Positions 1-12,988 of a stretch of DNA of 64,000 nt are shown piece by piece. Within the stretch, counting starts at the first letter, position 1. Each line of letters begins with the position of its first letter. The DNA is from Octopus vulgaris. Lineage: Eukaryota. The stretch spans positions 91,946,001 to 92,010,000 of the forward strand of contig OX597823.1 of NCBI GenBank assembly GCA_951406725.2, given 5' to 3'. The translations under genes were made by a program, and so were the position numbers. Under the pieces are notes generated by a model, which was not told where the DNA came from, did no database searches, and saw only the letters and a list, made by a program, of their open reading frames with translations.

Positions 1-93
<93 letters not shown>
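1..93. repeat. (ATC)n followed by (ATT)n microsatellite
   Basis: Perfect trinucleotide arrays; the (ATT)n part is the tail of the adjacent minus-strand element. Confidence 0.95.
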
Positions 94-587
94 GAGTGAG
101 AGAGCAGTTCATGCCATCAAAGTGACACTGGGGTAAAATATACGAAGCCCAATATACCCATCATGACTACCTGTCTGATAAAGGTACACCAGGCACATGC
201 ATCACAACCATATGTGCGCGACATGATGATCTCATATCAAGATAAACAGCACATGACCTTGCAGGTGGAGCCCAGTTAGAATTTTTTTCAGGTTGAGTAG
301 CCCATCCCGCTCAAAAGGTCCCTGAATAAGGGTTGTTTAAGGATGTTGAAAGAACCACCCATGTTTCCAGAGGTGAATTATTCAAACCCCAAAGAATCCC
401 TCTCAACACATGGCTATGATGCTCCCCCACTACTTCTGCTCGTGATCAGAGATGCACATATCGTCAGCCACTAAGGGACATGCTCAACTGGTTAAGGTCA
501 AACAACTGACAAGCAAATCTGTGGTATTGAGCAGCATATTTGCTGTAACCCATCTTTTATACCAAGACAAAACAATGTACATGATAT
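94..587 (-). mobile_element. ~490-bp interspersed repeat (family E) with (AAT)n tail, probable non-autonomous retroposon or LINE 3' end
   Basis: Reverse complement of 38163-38637 over its whole length; both copies end ...CTCTCTCACTC-(AAT)n. Confidence 0.8.
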
Positions 588-614
588 ATTATTATTATTA
601 TTATTATTATTATT

Positions 615-716
615 GAGTGAGAGAGCAGTGCATGCCATCAAAGTGACACTGGGGTAAAATATACGAAGCCCAATATACCCATCATGACTTCCCGTCTGAT
701 AAAGGTACACCAGACA
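615..716 (-). mobile_element. 5'-truncated second copy of family E
   Basis: Repeats 94-195 (GAGTGAGAGAGCAGT...AAAGGTACACCAG), bounded by (ATT)n on both sides. Confidence 0.85.
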
Positions 717-717
717 C

Positions 718-795
<78 letters not shown>

Positions 796-870
796 CATTA
801 TTATTATTTTTCAGAGTTCTTTGACTACACATTCTGCAACCTCTTCAATGACTTTCTGTTCCTCAAAGAA

Positions 871-1870
<1,000 letters not shown>

Positions 1871-2336
1871 TAATAACAGCAAGGTAAAGTGAAGATGTAA
1901 TAGTGTTTATTTGCAAAAGAAATGCCTATCTCAAAATACAGCAATGTCTTGTTTGGACACACGATTTCTCAAACATACAAAATATTCAGTTGATTGCTTA
2001 AGTAATTTGTTTTTCCTTGTCTTAGCATAATATATATCCATAGAATTTCTGAGGGTATAAGTTTTACCGCCGTTATTTCCTCATTTCTCTTCACGGATCC
2101 CATCAGCCTACTCTCAAATATAATGACTAAAATAAACTAGAAAACAAATATGGATTACTCGTTAAATCCTATAATGAAAACACGTAGATCAGTGACAATG
2201 CAAACAATGAGACATTTATTAATTCTTCATAATTTCTGGCAAATTCCAATGGGAATATGTAATCACTGTTGTGTATCCGTCATCGGAGAGCGCCTCTCCT
2301 CTTTTGATGATGTGTGTAATTATAACACGTGATTTG

Positions 2337-2950
2337 AGGAGGAATTTGTAGCATCACTGTGTTTCAGCCTTTCAATATATGTCTCCTCAGTCAAAGTTAC
2401 GTGACCGGACTATGAATCTGGGAAGGACATGAGTTATTTTAGATAGGAATCAGCGAACGCACTATTTTCTAATGAGACCTGGTGTGCTGATACCTATCAA
2501 AACAGATGATATTTCATGAGGTACCCAGGGAAGAGGGGAAAATCCAAAAGCCAATGTACTTATTCATTTTTAACACATTCTAGAAGATTCGAACGCGAAA
2601 ACCTGATCATTATTTTTTGTTCGTCCTCACTTTAAACAATGTCTGTGTTATTAACACCCGTATTTCACCGACTTAAGGGGGAATTTGTGACATCACGGTA
2701 TTTCGTCCTTATTGTGTGTCTCTGCAGTCAAAGTTACTCCAGCGGACCGTCGGTTCTGCCAAGTGAATCAGGTCTTGTTTATAAGGTTCAACAATTTATT
2801 TTCTAATGGGTGTTGATGTCTGCCAAAAACAGATAATAATTCATGGAGTGCACACGCAACTGGGAAAATCCAAACAATAACGTAACAATTAAGTTTTTAA
2901 TACATTCTGATAGATTCGAACGTAAATACCTGATCGCTGTTTGTTCGTCA
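2337..2950. repeat. Diverged tandem duplication, period ~340 bp
   Basis: 2337-2627 and 2676-2950 share collinear blocks GGAATTTGT, CAGTCAAAGTTAC, TATTTTCTAATG, AAAACAGAT, GGGAAAATCCAAA, AGATTCGAACG, ACCTGATC, TTTGTTCGTC. Confidence 0.8.
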
Positions 2951-3481
2951 ACGTAAGTCTGTCTCAAAAATCAATGTAATATATTTCAAGTAACAGATAT
3001 CGAACTCCTAACTTATGTGACTTGGAACATTCATGATTTTTATATTCAATGCTTTATCCTCTTGAGAATGCCGTCTCTATTTACTAATTTTAGCGTAAAA
3101 TTTCATTTAATCACCTCTGATTGAATTAGAATGGCTGTTTTTATTGTTGCTGCTTGAGATAAAGTCGTTTTTTTATTGTGCTTTTGCTAGCTGTTGATAT
3201 TGCCCTTATTTTTTTGAAGTAGATATTATTTGATTTTTCTTTTATCAATATATATTTCTGTAACTGGTTGTTTCTTTATTTCTATCGGTGTGTCTGCCGT
3301 TTTTGTGTCTCTAAAAACCACGCATTATTTGTTGAAAGTAAGAGACTCACCAGATTAGTAAAGGCAGGATTAGTATGGAAAAATAAAATAATTCTGAATT
3401 GTTCAACGAATGAATTGTAGAGACTTTATGGCATTGAATTATAGAACAAGTGTGTTAACTAAGTGCACATGCAAACACACA

Positions 3482-3527
<46 letters not shown>

Positions 3528-3859
3528 ATATGTATATACTTATATATGCACACGTGCTGTCACGCACATAAAGTAACACAAGTATATATAGGTAGATGCA
3601 TATATGTATATATATATATGCATATACATATATATATGCATCTATATACATCTGTGTGTATATATACATATAAGTGCATATATATATGCATACACCCAGA
3701 TATGCATACACACACACACTCATATATACATACTTATATATGCACACGTTCTGTCACGAACATAAAGTCACACAAGTATATATATGTATATGTATATAAG
3801 ATGTATATACGTATATACATATGCATATACATATATATATATACATCTAATATATTTGT

Positions 3860-3915
<56 letters not shown>

Positions 3916-4959
3916 ACACACAGATATACATATACACACACACAAACACACCCATATGCATAAGATATATGACTGCGCACACAAATGCAAGAATACTTGT
4001 AGATGAAGTTGTGAAGTTGTACAAATAATCGATTGGCAAGCTCTGTTTATTTACTAATCTGTGGAGATAACTGTAGTTAATTCAATAAAAGAGAGAACGA
4101 GACATAAGAACATTTCAAATTACAGTTGTATACAGCTGCTTGCTTTCCTTTTCAGCTAAGCAAATCGTTATGCAGTATGGAATTTCGTTAGATTAAGGAT
4201 AATGAAATTGTTAAGAGGGCCAGATTGGGGAAGAAAAGCAGACGGTAATTTTCTTTGTTATGTACACTAAAACTCTCTGATAATAATATATTGGTACAAT
4301 TTTATTTGGATTTAAAAACGGTTTTCTTTCCTGCTTTTAGCTTTGACAAAACACGAACAATTTTGCATTTTCATTTTTATTTATTTATTATTTTTTTTGT
4401 AGATTTAACATCATTTCCTCGCCAGCTTTGCACGTAACAATTTCATCTCTGCTGGTAAATAGAGCCCAATCAACTGTGCTTACTAAATCGTTAGCATTTG
4501 TTCCTCTTTTAGACGAAGCCGTATTAAAACCTATGTTTTTTTTTTCTTGTCTTAAATTTTTCCCCTTTCAAACCAATTCTCTTTTATCAATCTGACATAT
4601 TTACTCAGTTTTTCATTCTTTGGTCATGCAATACTACAAAATAAAACGTAGGTTTCTTTTAAGAAGACAAACCAGTTTTGAATTTATGCATATAAAATAT
4701 ACGACTTATCTCCTTTCCAATCTCTCTCTCTCTCTCTCTCTCTCTCCCTCTCTCTCTCTCTCACTTAATATACTTTTCCTTGTTATAACGTCTCCATCAA
4801 CCCCGTGATAATTTCTCCATCGTCCCATGACAATTCATCACAACAAACGGTAATCGATATTTTGTGTTTTCTTTTCTCTATTCTCCTCAATAACATGCTT
4901 GGCATTATCGAAACCCTTTCCTCTAATCATTTCACTGATGCTAATGATAGGATATCGAA

Positions 4960-5122
4960 GCTGATGATGTCGGTAATCATCATCGTTGACGTCATCGCCA
5001 TCGTCATTATCGTCATAATCGTCATCATCGTCATCATCGCTATCAATATCCTCATCGTCATCATCTTCATCATCTTTATCACCATCACCACCACCACACC
5101 CACCACAATCACCACACCCACC

Positions 5123-5155
<33 letters not shown>

Positions 5156-5510
5156 GCATCATCAACATCATTCTCATCATCGACATCATCATCGTCATCA
5201 TCACCATCATTATCATCATCATCATCATCATCATCAAAGCATCATCAACATCATTCTCACTACCGTCGCCATCATCGTCATCATCATCAACCTCACCATC
5301 ACTTTCATCATAATCCCCATCATCATCATTCTTGCCGTCATCATCTTCATCATCCTTATCATCATCGCCGCCACCACCATCACCACCAACACCACAGCCA
5401 CCATCAACACCACCACCGCCCGCCCACCATTATCATCATCATCATCATCATCAACGACATCATCAACCATCATCAACCGCATCATGGTCATCATCGTCGT
5501 CACCATCTTC
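4960..5510. repeat. Degenerate (CAT/CAC/CGT)n low-complexity tract
   Basis: Seen directly; gives the poly-His/Ile/Ser ORFs. Confidence 0.9.
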
Positions 5511-6074
5511 AGCTTTAACCATTTTGTTAATTAGAAAGCACGAGATATATCTGCTGTTATAAAAGAAGCTACCACACTGCATATCGCTGCTGCACTTTTA
5601 AAACTAAAATGAAAACAAAAAATTTAAAAAACTAAAAGAAGAGAACGAAACAAAAATAGCGCTTTTCATGTAAATTCCGATTATTTGCCACATGAAAGAG
5701 AAATAGAAATTCTAGAAGCAGTTTCTTAGGAATAAACATGAAATGCAGCGGCAGATGCGGCGACAACAAACAAAAATATAGCCATCGTCAACAACAGCGG
5801 TAACAGCATCATCAAGGACTGCAATTGCAAAACCTCTGGCAATTTTTCAACAGAAATGATCTTCTAGAATCTACGATGTAAGCCGCAGCAGATTAAAGGA
5901 GCCTGAATATGGCAAATGCAAATGGCGCATCAGCTGCCATATTACTGTTGGAAAAAAAATGTATAATTTGTAACAATTAAAACGAACTGAGATTGCAACG
6001 AAATAAAATGGTAACTATGGCAACAGAAATATCTGAAACCTGTGCAACAGTAAAAATAGTTTAATATTTTGTCA

Positions 6075-6259
6075 CAGAGCCAGTAAGTGCCGGGGAGGGG
6101 GTGAGTTGGTTATATGAATTCCAGTGTTCAGTGGGTATTTGTTTTATCGACACTGAAAGGGGTGGAAGGCAAAGTCGACCTTGGCGGAAATTGAAACCGG
6201 AAGTATTTTCCGCTAAGCATTTTGCTCGGCGTGCTTGAAGATTTTGCCTGCTCACCGCT
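6075..6259 (-). mobile_element. tRNA-headed SINE family A, degenerate copy
   Basis: GGCAAAGTCGACCTTGGCGGAAATTGAA is the reverse complement of the family A core. Confidence 0.75.
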
Positions 6260-6291
6260 TTCATTGCAGTGGTAATATTGGTTTCAAATAA

Positions 6292-6960
6292 GGCGGCGAG
6301 TTGGCAGAAACGTTGGCACACCGGGCGAAATGCTTTGCAGTATTTCGTCTGCTATTACATTCTGAGTTCAAATTCCGCCGAGGTCGACTTTGCCTTTCAT
6401 CCTTTCGGGGTCGATAAATTAAGTACCAGTTACGCACTTGGGTCGATGTAATCGACTTAATCCCTTTGCCTCTCCTTGTATGTCCCCTCTGTGTTTAGCA
6501 CCTTGTGGACATTAAAGAAATAAGAAACGTTAGCACGCCGGGCGAAATGCTTAGCGGTATTTCGTCTGTCTATACGTTCTGAGTTCAAATTCCGCCGAAG
6601 TTGACATTGCCTTTCATCCTTTCGTCGTCGATTAAATAAGTACCAGTTAGGCACTGGAATCGATGTAATCGACTTAATCCCTTGTTTGTCCCCTCTATGT
6701 TTAGCCTCTTGTGGGCAATAAAGAAATATATAATGGTTACAAATCAGGTGGCAAGTTGGCAGAAACGTTAGCGCGCCAGGCGGAATACTTAGCGACATTT
6801 CGGCTGACTTTATGTTCTGAGCTCAAATTACGCCGAGGTCGACTTTGCTTTTCATCGTTTTGGGTTCAATGAATTAAGTACCAGTTGCGTACTGGTGTCG
6901 ATCTAATCGACTGGCCCACTGCCTCCAAAATTTAGGGCCTTTTGCTGAGAGTAAAAAAGA
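6292..6960 (+). mobile_element. Three head-to-tail copies of SINE family A
   Basis: GGCGGCGAGYTGGCAGAAACGTT (A-box-like), GAGTTCAAATTCC (B-box-like), then GTCGACTTTGCCTTTCATCCTTTCGGGGTCGATAAATTAAGTACCAG, which from recall resembles the Meta/MESC central SINE domain. Copies start near 6292, 6524 and 6746. Confidence 0.88.
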
Positions 6961-7094
6961 ATACTGATTTCCAATAAGGCATTGGGGTGGGGTGAGCTGA
7001 CCGAATCGCTCAAGTGGTTCGGCCAGCTCGCCACCATCACTACCATCAACCCACCCACCACCACCACCACCAGCACCACCACCACCACCACAAC

Positions 7095-7129
<35 letters not shown>

Positions 7130-7134
7130 TAATC

Positions 7135-7548
7135 CTTTCTACTATAGGAACCAGGCCTGAAATTTGCGGGGAGGGGATTAGTTGATCTCATCGAACCAAT
7201 GTGTAACTGGTACTTATTTCATCGACCCCGAAATGCTGAAGGCCGAAGTCGACTTCGGGGGAATTTGAACTCAGAACGAAAACCTGTAGAAAATACCACT
7301 AAACATTTCGCTCGGCATGTTAACGCATATATGATTTTCTACTCTAGGCACATGGCTCGAAATTTTAGTGGACGTGGCCAGTCGATCAGAACGAGTCAAA
7401 TACGCAACTTGTATTTAATTTGTCGACCCCGAAAGTATGAAAGGCAAAGTGGACCTCGGCGGAATTTGAACTCAGAGCGTAACGACAGACGAAATACTGT
7501 TAGGCATTTCGCCCGGCGTGCTAACGTTTCTGCCAGCTCGCTGCCTTA
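7135..7548 (-). mobile_element. Two tandem copies of SINE family A
   Basis: Reverse complement of the head and core at 6292-6460. Confidence 0.85.
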
Positions 7549-7986
7549 ATACACACATACATTAGCTGTGTGAATATTGCGGTAAATATTACTAAATTAT
7601 ATCGAGCACAGTTATTTTCTGGCAAAACTAATTAAGAGGTATAATTTAGAAAAAGACACACACACACGCACGCACACGCACACGCACACACACACATACA
7701 CACACACACGCACACACACACGCGTATGCGCACGTATTTAGAGAGATAGCTAGACACCTCTGAGATGATAACACACTTTCGTATGCCTTCAAACCTTATC
7801 TCGAAAGACAAAACATATATCTAAAATGCACCGAATCTTGACTTTATTTCCAAGGGTTAATCGTGTTTGCACTATCAATATAGCAACGAATATATTATCT
7901 TTTTGTAAATTAATAGATTTCTCAAACAATTATTGAGTTTTCACAGTAATTAGCTTGGCATTGATAGTTGTTCTCAAAAACACTTT

Positions 7987-8165
7987 GGCGCAGGCGTCAC
8001 TGTGTGGGAAGAATCTTCCTCCCCAAACGCATGGTTCCGTGTTCAGTTCTACTGCGTGGCACCTTGGGCAAGGGGCTTTTCTACTATAGCTTGGGGCCGA
8101 CCGAATCCTTGTGTGTGGATATGGTAGATGGAAACTAAAAGATAACTGAAACCCATAAACGAATA
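7987..8165 (+). mobile_element. SINE family B, 5' half
   Basis: GGCGCAGGCGT..TGTGTGG...GTTCAGT..ACTGCGTGGCACCTTGGGCAAG...GGTAGATGGAAACT, followed by (TA)n. Confidence 0.8.
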
Positions 8166-8177
8166 AAAGCACATATT

Positions 8178-8242
<65 letters not shown>

Positions 8243-8388
8243 ATGTATATAATTAGGCTTAGTAAAATAAATTACTATATGCCACATATATGATATATAT
8301 ATATATATAATATAATAGCAGATTGATAGATAGGTAGTTAGATAGACAGATATACATATATATTTACACTACTTTAAGACAAAATTCT

Positions 8389-8443
<55 letters not shown>

Positions 8444-8607
8444 CTATCTATATATTGGTTAGAAATTTGGGCCCAAGACCAGTAATTTTGCGGTGGTGGT
8501 GGTGGGAGGTATGGCGGTTACATCAAAATATCTCGAAACATTTCGCCCGACGAGCTACCGATTTTGCCAGCTCGCCGCCTTTTTGTGTATCTATATATTA
8601 AAACATG

Positions 8608-8608
8608 A

Positions 8609-8639
<31 letters not shown>

Positions 8640-8640
8640 G

Positions 8641-8704
<64 letters not shown>

Positions 8705-8715
8705 AACTACTGCTG

Positions 8716-8787
<72 letters not shown>

Positions 8788-8809
8788 AATGATAATAATA
8801 ATAATAATG

Positions 8810-8885
<76 letters not shown>
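8608..8885. repeat. (CTA)n-(TAA)n microsatellite
   Basis: Seen directly. Confidence 0.95.
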
Positions 8886-8889
<4 letters not shown>

Positions 8890-9330
8890 CAATAAACAAA
8901 AAATTCAGGCAAAATTCAGTAAGGATAATTTTTTGATAACGTAAAAGAGGAAATGAAGTAAGAAGCGATAGAGCAGAAAATGAAATAAATTTCATGCCAG
9001 CTGGACACATAAGGAGAAATGATTGGTTGTTAAGCAAAATGGAAGACCAATTAATTGTTATATATTGATATATAAGGATGGAAGGAGACAAAAAAACGAA
9101 GTATTTTAAGAGCAATATTTACTGTGTTCGATTTTTACGTTATTATCAACATACGAATATATTAGCAGCAGGGTGGACGAAACATGTGAATGAGGTGTAT
9201 CGAGGGTTCGTCAATGTATATATATACAGACAGTTACATATATAATCGCACATAGAGGGGAAGAGAGAGACATACACACATACGTATATATATACATATA
9301 TACATATATATCATATACACATACACACGG

Positions 9331-9374
<44 letters not shown>

Positions 9375-9519
9375 GTATATATATAAATATATAGTTGAAA
9401 TATATACAAAAAGGCCATAATAGGCCATTCACCTACTAGAAATAACAGCCAAAGCTTCAACCGCAAAACAACATTAATTCCGCAAACCAGGAGAAAATTA
9501 AAAAAACATTTACCCTGTA

Positions 9520-9626
9520 GTTCCTTATACGATGCACCGTTTCATCTATTGTTTAATGGTAAACTAACCTGATTAAATTAAATCTAGCTAGTCTTCCATA
9601 GGCCGATAGATTCGTCAGTAAAGAAC
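9520..9626 (-). ncRNA. Type I hammerhead ribozyme (left-arm copy)
   Basis: Reverse complement of 9861-9967; core CTGACGA/GAAA/GTA intact. Confidence 0.78.
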
Positions 9627-9860
9627 AGCCAGATCGGAGCAGATATTTACACGAGGCACTTCTATCACTGTCTCGGCAAAATCTGACCTAAAATTTTCAA
9701 ATCATCGCACTCGCGCCAAATTTATCGGCAGCAAATATAAGCCGCCGATTCCATTACGGAATTAACCAGAACATTCATAATTAATCAATATAGGGTGGCA
9801 AAAAATTTCGTAGAGACAGTGATAGAAGTGCCTCGTGTAAATATCTGCTCCGATCTGGCT

Positions 9861-9967
9861 GTTCTTTACTGACGAATCTATCGGCCTATGGAAGACTAGC
9901 TCGATTTAATTTAATCAGGTTAGGTTACCATTAAACAATAGATGAAACGGTGCATCGTATAAGGAAC
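9861..9967 (+). ncRNA. Type I hammerhead ribozyme with extended stem II
   Basis: Stem I GTTCTTTA(9861)/TAAGGAAC(9960). Core CTGACGA 9869-9875. Stem II ATCTAT/ATAGAT. GAAA 9944-9947. Self-complementary stem III ACGGTGCATCGT. Predicted cleavage after GUA (A9959). Confidence 0.8.
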
Positions 9968-10175
9968 TACAGGGTAAATGTTTTTTTAATTCTCTCCTGG
10001 TTTGCGGAATTAATGTTGTTTTGCGGTTGAAGCTTTGGCTGTTATTTCTAGTGGGTGAATGGCCTATTATGGCCGTTCCTTGATTTTGCTGTTGAATTTA
10101 TAAATGGTCTATGACTATTTAATTTTTTCCCACTAGGCCGCTGGTGGCAAAAAATTTTTTGCCACCCTATATTGA

Positions 10176-10251
<76 letters not shown>

Positions 10252-10599
10252 GAAATATATACAAAAAGAAAAGACGCCGATATCGAACAGTGTTGAGCAC
10301 CAATGCGAGAATAAAAAATATGTGAGTGTGTGCGTGGTGGGTGTATGTCTATTACACAAACACATCTATACTTATATATTCAAACATTTCAATTTGTATA
10401 TATATCTATAGGAAACCCATTAAACTTTCCTGTATGCATGTATATATCTCTGTATCTTCTTTACTGTTTCTATACACAGCGTGTGTCACACAGTCACGTA
10501 CACGCTCACACAATCCGATAACCACATCCATATCATATACTTATGTGTGACTAGTTAAGAGAGAGGGATGTAGTGATGTTTGGTGGCTCAAAGATAGAC

Positions 10600-10880
10600 G
10601 AAGGCTGAAAGATAGCCCGTCGTATATATATGTGTGTGATGTGTGTGTGTTTATGTATGTCTTTGCGTCTGTGTTTGTTTCGCAACTACTGCTTGATAGT
10701 CGGTTGATGGTGTGTTTTCGTCCTCGTAATCTAACAGTTCAGCAAAAGGGACTGATGGAATAAGAACCTGTCTCAAAACAATTAAGTTCCTGGGTAGATT
10801 AGTTCGACTAAAATTCTTCAAGGTAGTGCCCCAGTATGGTCGCGGTTTAATGACTGAAACATGTACCAGATAAAAGACAG
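10600..10880 (+). mobile_element. SINE family B, 3' half
   Basis: CCCGTCGTATATA...GTAGTGCCCCAGTATGGTCGCGGTTTAATGACTGAAAC tail. Confidence 0.78.
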
Positions 10881-10947
10881 AGGTGATGCCAAGATTTTCT
10901 GGCAACCATTGCCTTACTCAAGGATGTGTAAGTGTAGATAGAGGGCA

Positions 10948-11065
10948 CAGCAATCCCCCGATTATTGCAGGTGTTACGTTCTAAAACTCCTTGCAATAGG
11001 TGAGTATCTGTGAATTAGAAATAGAACTGTATATTTTTTTTTTATTAATTTTGTAATTTATATAT
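10948..11065 (+). mobile_element. Probable terminal fragment of a Tigger/pogo-like MITE
   Basis: CAGCAATCCCCCGATTATTGCAGGTGTTACGTTC resembles, from recall, the CAGTAATCCCTCG-type TIR. No partner end seen. Confidence 0.4.
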
Positions 11066-11069
11066 ATTT

Positions 11070-11388
11070 CGTTTTTGGATTTCGTTTGCAAGCTTCTTTG
11101 TACGAGTTCGTGTGTTGAAGCATATTATGTTGTGTCTGGGGAGAGTCACTCTCTTTTAGTGCCTTATATTCAAAAGGTTGCAAGACGCAACGAAAATTTC
11201 AGAAAATGAAATAAGATGTAGGAGTGGGTGTGTGGTAAGTAGCATGCTTACGAATCACAATGATTTCCGTGTTCAGTCCCACTGCGTGGCACCTTGGGCA
11301 TGTGTCTTCTACTATAGCCTCGGGCCAACTACGGCCTTGTGAGCGGATTTGGTAGACGGAAACTGTCGTAATATGAATACCTGTCGTA

Positions 11389-11464
<76 letters not shown>

Positions 11465-11765
11465 GTGTGTAGAGGTTTGTGTGACTGTCCCCGCAACATC
11501 ACTTGACAATCGATGTTGGTGTGTTTACGTCCCCGTAACTTAGCGATTCGGCAAAAGAGACCGATAGAAAAAGTACTAGGCTTCCAAAGAATAAGTCCTG
11601 GGGTCGATACTCGACTAAAGGCGGTGCTCCAACATGACCACAGTCAAATGACTGAAACAAGTAAAATAATAAAAGCGAGAGTAAGTAAATGAGGGGAAAT
11701 TTTACCGGTGTGTGTGTTAAATTATAAGGCACTAAAAGAGAGTAACTCTCCCCAGACACAACAAA
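11070..11765. mobile_element. Inverted pair of a dispersed repeat, interrupted by a SINE
   Basis: 11130-11168 is the reverse complement of 11723-11761 (39 bp, 1 mismatch). A diverged relative lies at about 41250-41320. Confidence 0.65.
11215..11675 (+). mobile_element. Full-length SINE family B with internal (TA)n
   Basis: tRNA-like head, CORE-like ACCTTGGGCA motif, internal microsatellite, tail GGCGGTGCTCCAACATGACCACAGTCAAATGACTGAAACAAGTAAA. Confidence 0.88.
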
Positions 11766-12844
11766 ATTGTATATATTTATTTTATGATAAATGCAAAACA
11801 ACCCCATAGAAGAATCGACGTATGTTTAAATAATATACCGCGATATGTGAACCGAAATATGGCGATGTACCTGTACCTGAAACTAAATTACACAATAAAA
11901 ATGGCACCCTATTCTGCATTTGGTAGCGGTCTATACCAATCTCTAATGCACAGGTACTGGACCATTTAGCTGATATACTAGGGACACAAGGTGCCTCATA
12001 TATTTGGATATATGATAAATAAACGCTTCGGTGCTATAAATATCTGTATAATAATGTGTTTTTCGTTCGCTGTTAAACTTTAGTTAGAGAGGTGGAGGTG
12101 GAGTGAGTGAGAGGTGGCGTAAAAGTGAAAAAGAAAGGGAGCGGGAGAAATGTGAGTAGAGAAGAAAGAAGAAAGAAGAGGGAAGTTTAAAGATATACTG
12201 AGGCCAGATGCATCACGTGCTTTGTTGAAGGAAGTGGCGAAGAGCGAGAGAAAAAGACGGTGAGGAAAAGTGGGAGAGAGAAGTGTTAATGACTTGTTAC
12301 AGGGTGGCGAGAGACAGATAAAGAGGAGAGAAATGTTCAAGATATGAAGAGGGGGATTACATTGTTAGAAAGTGTTTGCTGAAGAGGTAGAAAGAAAAAG
12401 AGGAATGTAATCTGTTTAGCGGAGGGAAATTTTAGAATCGTATAATATATTATTGTGACTGGAAGTGAAATAAAAATCGTCCTTTCTTTTTTAAATAGCT
12501 TCCCTTAATGTTTTTCGTTCTGTGGAATTTTCGCAGGTCTCAAGAGTTAAATATTAACTGAAATACGGAAGTGAAAAACAGTATTTGATATATAGATACA
12601 AAACGTGTAAATTAGAATTTGTTTGTTTGAAATTGATGTACCTGAAAAATTTAATGTACCTGTAGGGAACACCCCTTGCCACGTATAATACGGTGAAAAT
12701 TTAACGAAGGAAGATAAAGATAATGAATTTATTTAGAATAAACAGAATGACATCAAAACTCAATATCTTCTTCATCCCTTCAGAGAGCAAATGCGTGTTA
12801 TATTAGTTACAAATTAGGGGACAAGGCCAACAAGTTTGGTGCTC

Positions 12845-12988
12845 ATCTGGTACTAGTTTTATCGACCTCGAAAGGATGAAAGGCAAAGTCGACCTCGGCG
12901 GAATTTGAACTCAGAACATAACAACGGACGAAATGCTGCCAAACATTTTGTCCGGCGTGGTAAACTTTCTTGCCGGCTCACCGCCTTA
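12845..12988 (-). mobile_element. SINE family A
   Basis: GAAAGGATGAAAGGCAAAGTCGACCTCGGCGGAATTTGAACTCAGAAC. Confidence 0.85.

Larger units (their letters stand above)
9413..10183. mobile_element. Fold-back element with 262-bp inverted arms, Penelope-like inverted pseudo-LTR or retrozyme-type
   Basis: 9413-9674 is the reverse complement of 9813-10074 with about 4 mismatches. Each arm holds a hammerhead fold. A 27-bp direct repeat flanks it (9387-9413 and 10242-10268). The inverted repeat is certain; the PLE assignment is inferred. Confidence 0.75.

Noticed and set aside
4805-5518. 237-aa His-rich ORF
   Set aside because: Lies on a degenerate (CAT)n tract that is largely open in several frames; no splice or domain evidence.
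6292-7548. CRISPR-like or other regularly spaced array
   Set aside because: The repeats are ~200-bp SINE copies in mixed orientation, not short repeats with unique spacers; eukaryotic context.
12080-12410. Purine-rich block that might be a Penelope GIY-YIG 3' remnant on the minus strand
   Set aside because: No recognisable motif could be read with confidence.
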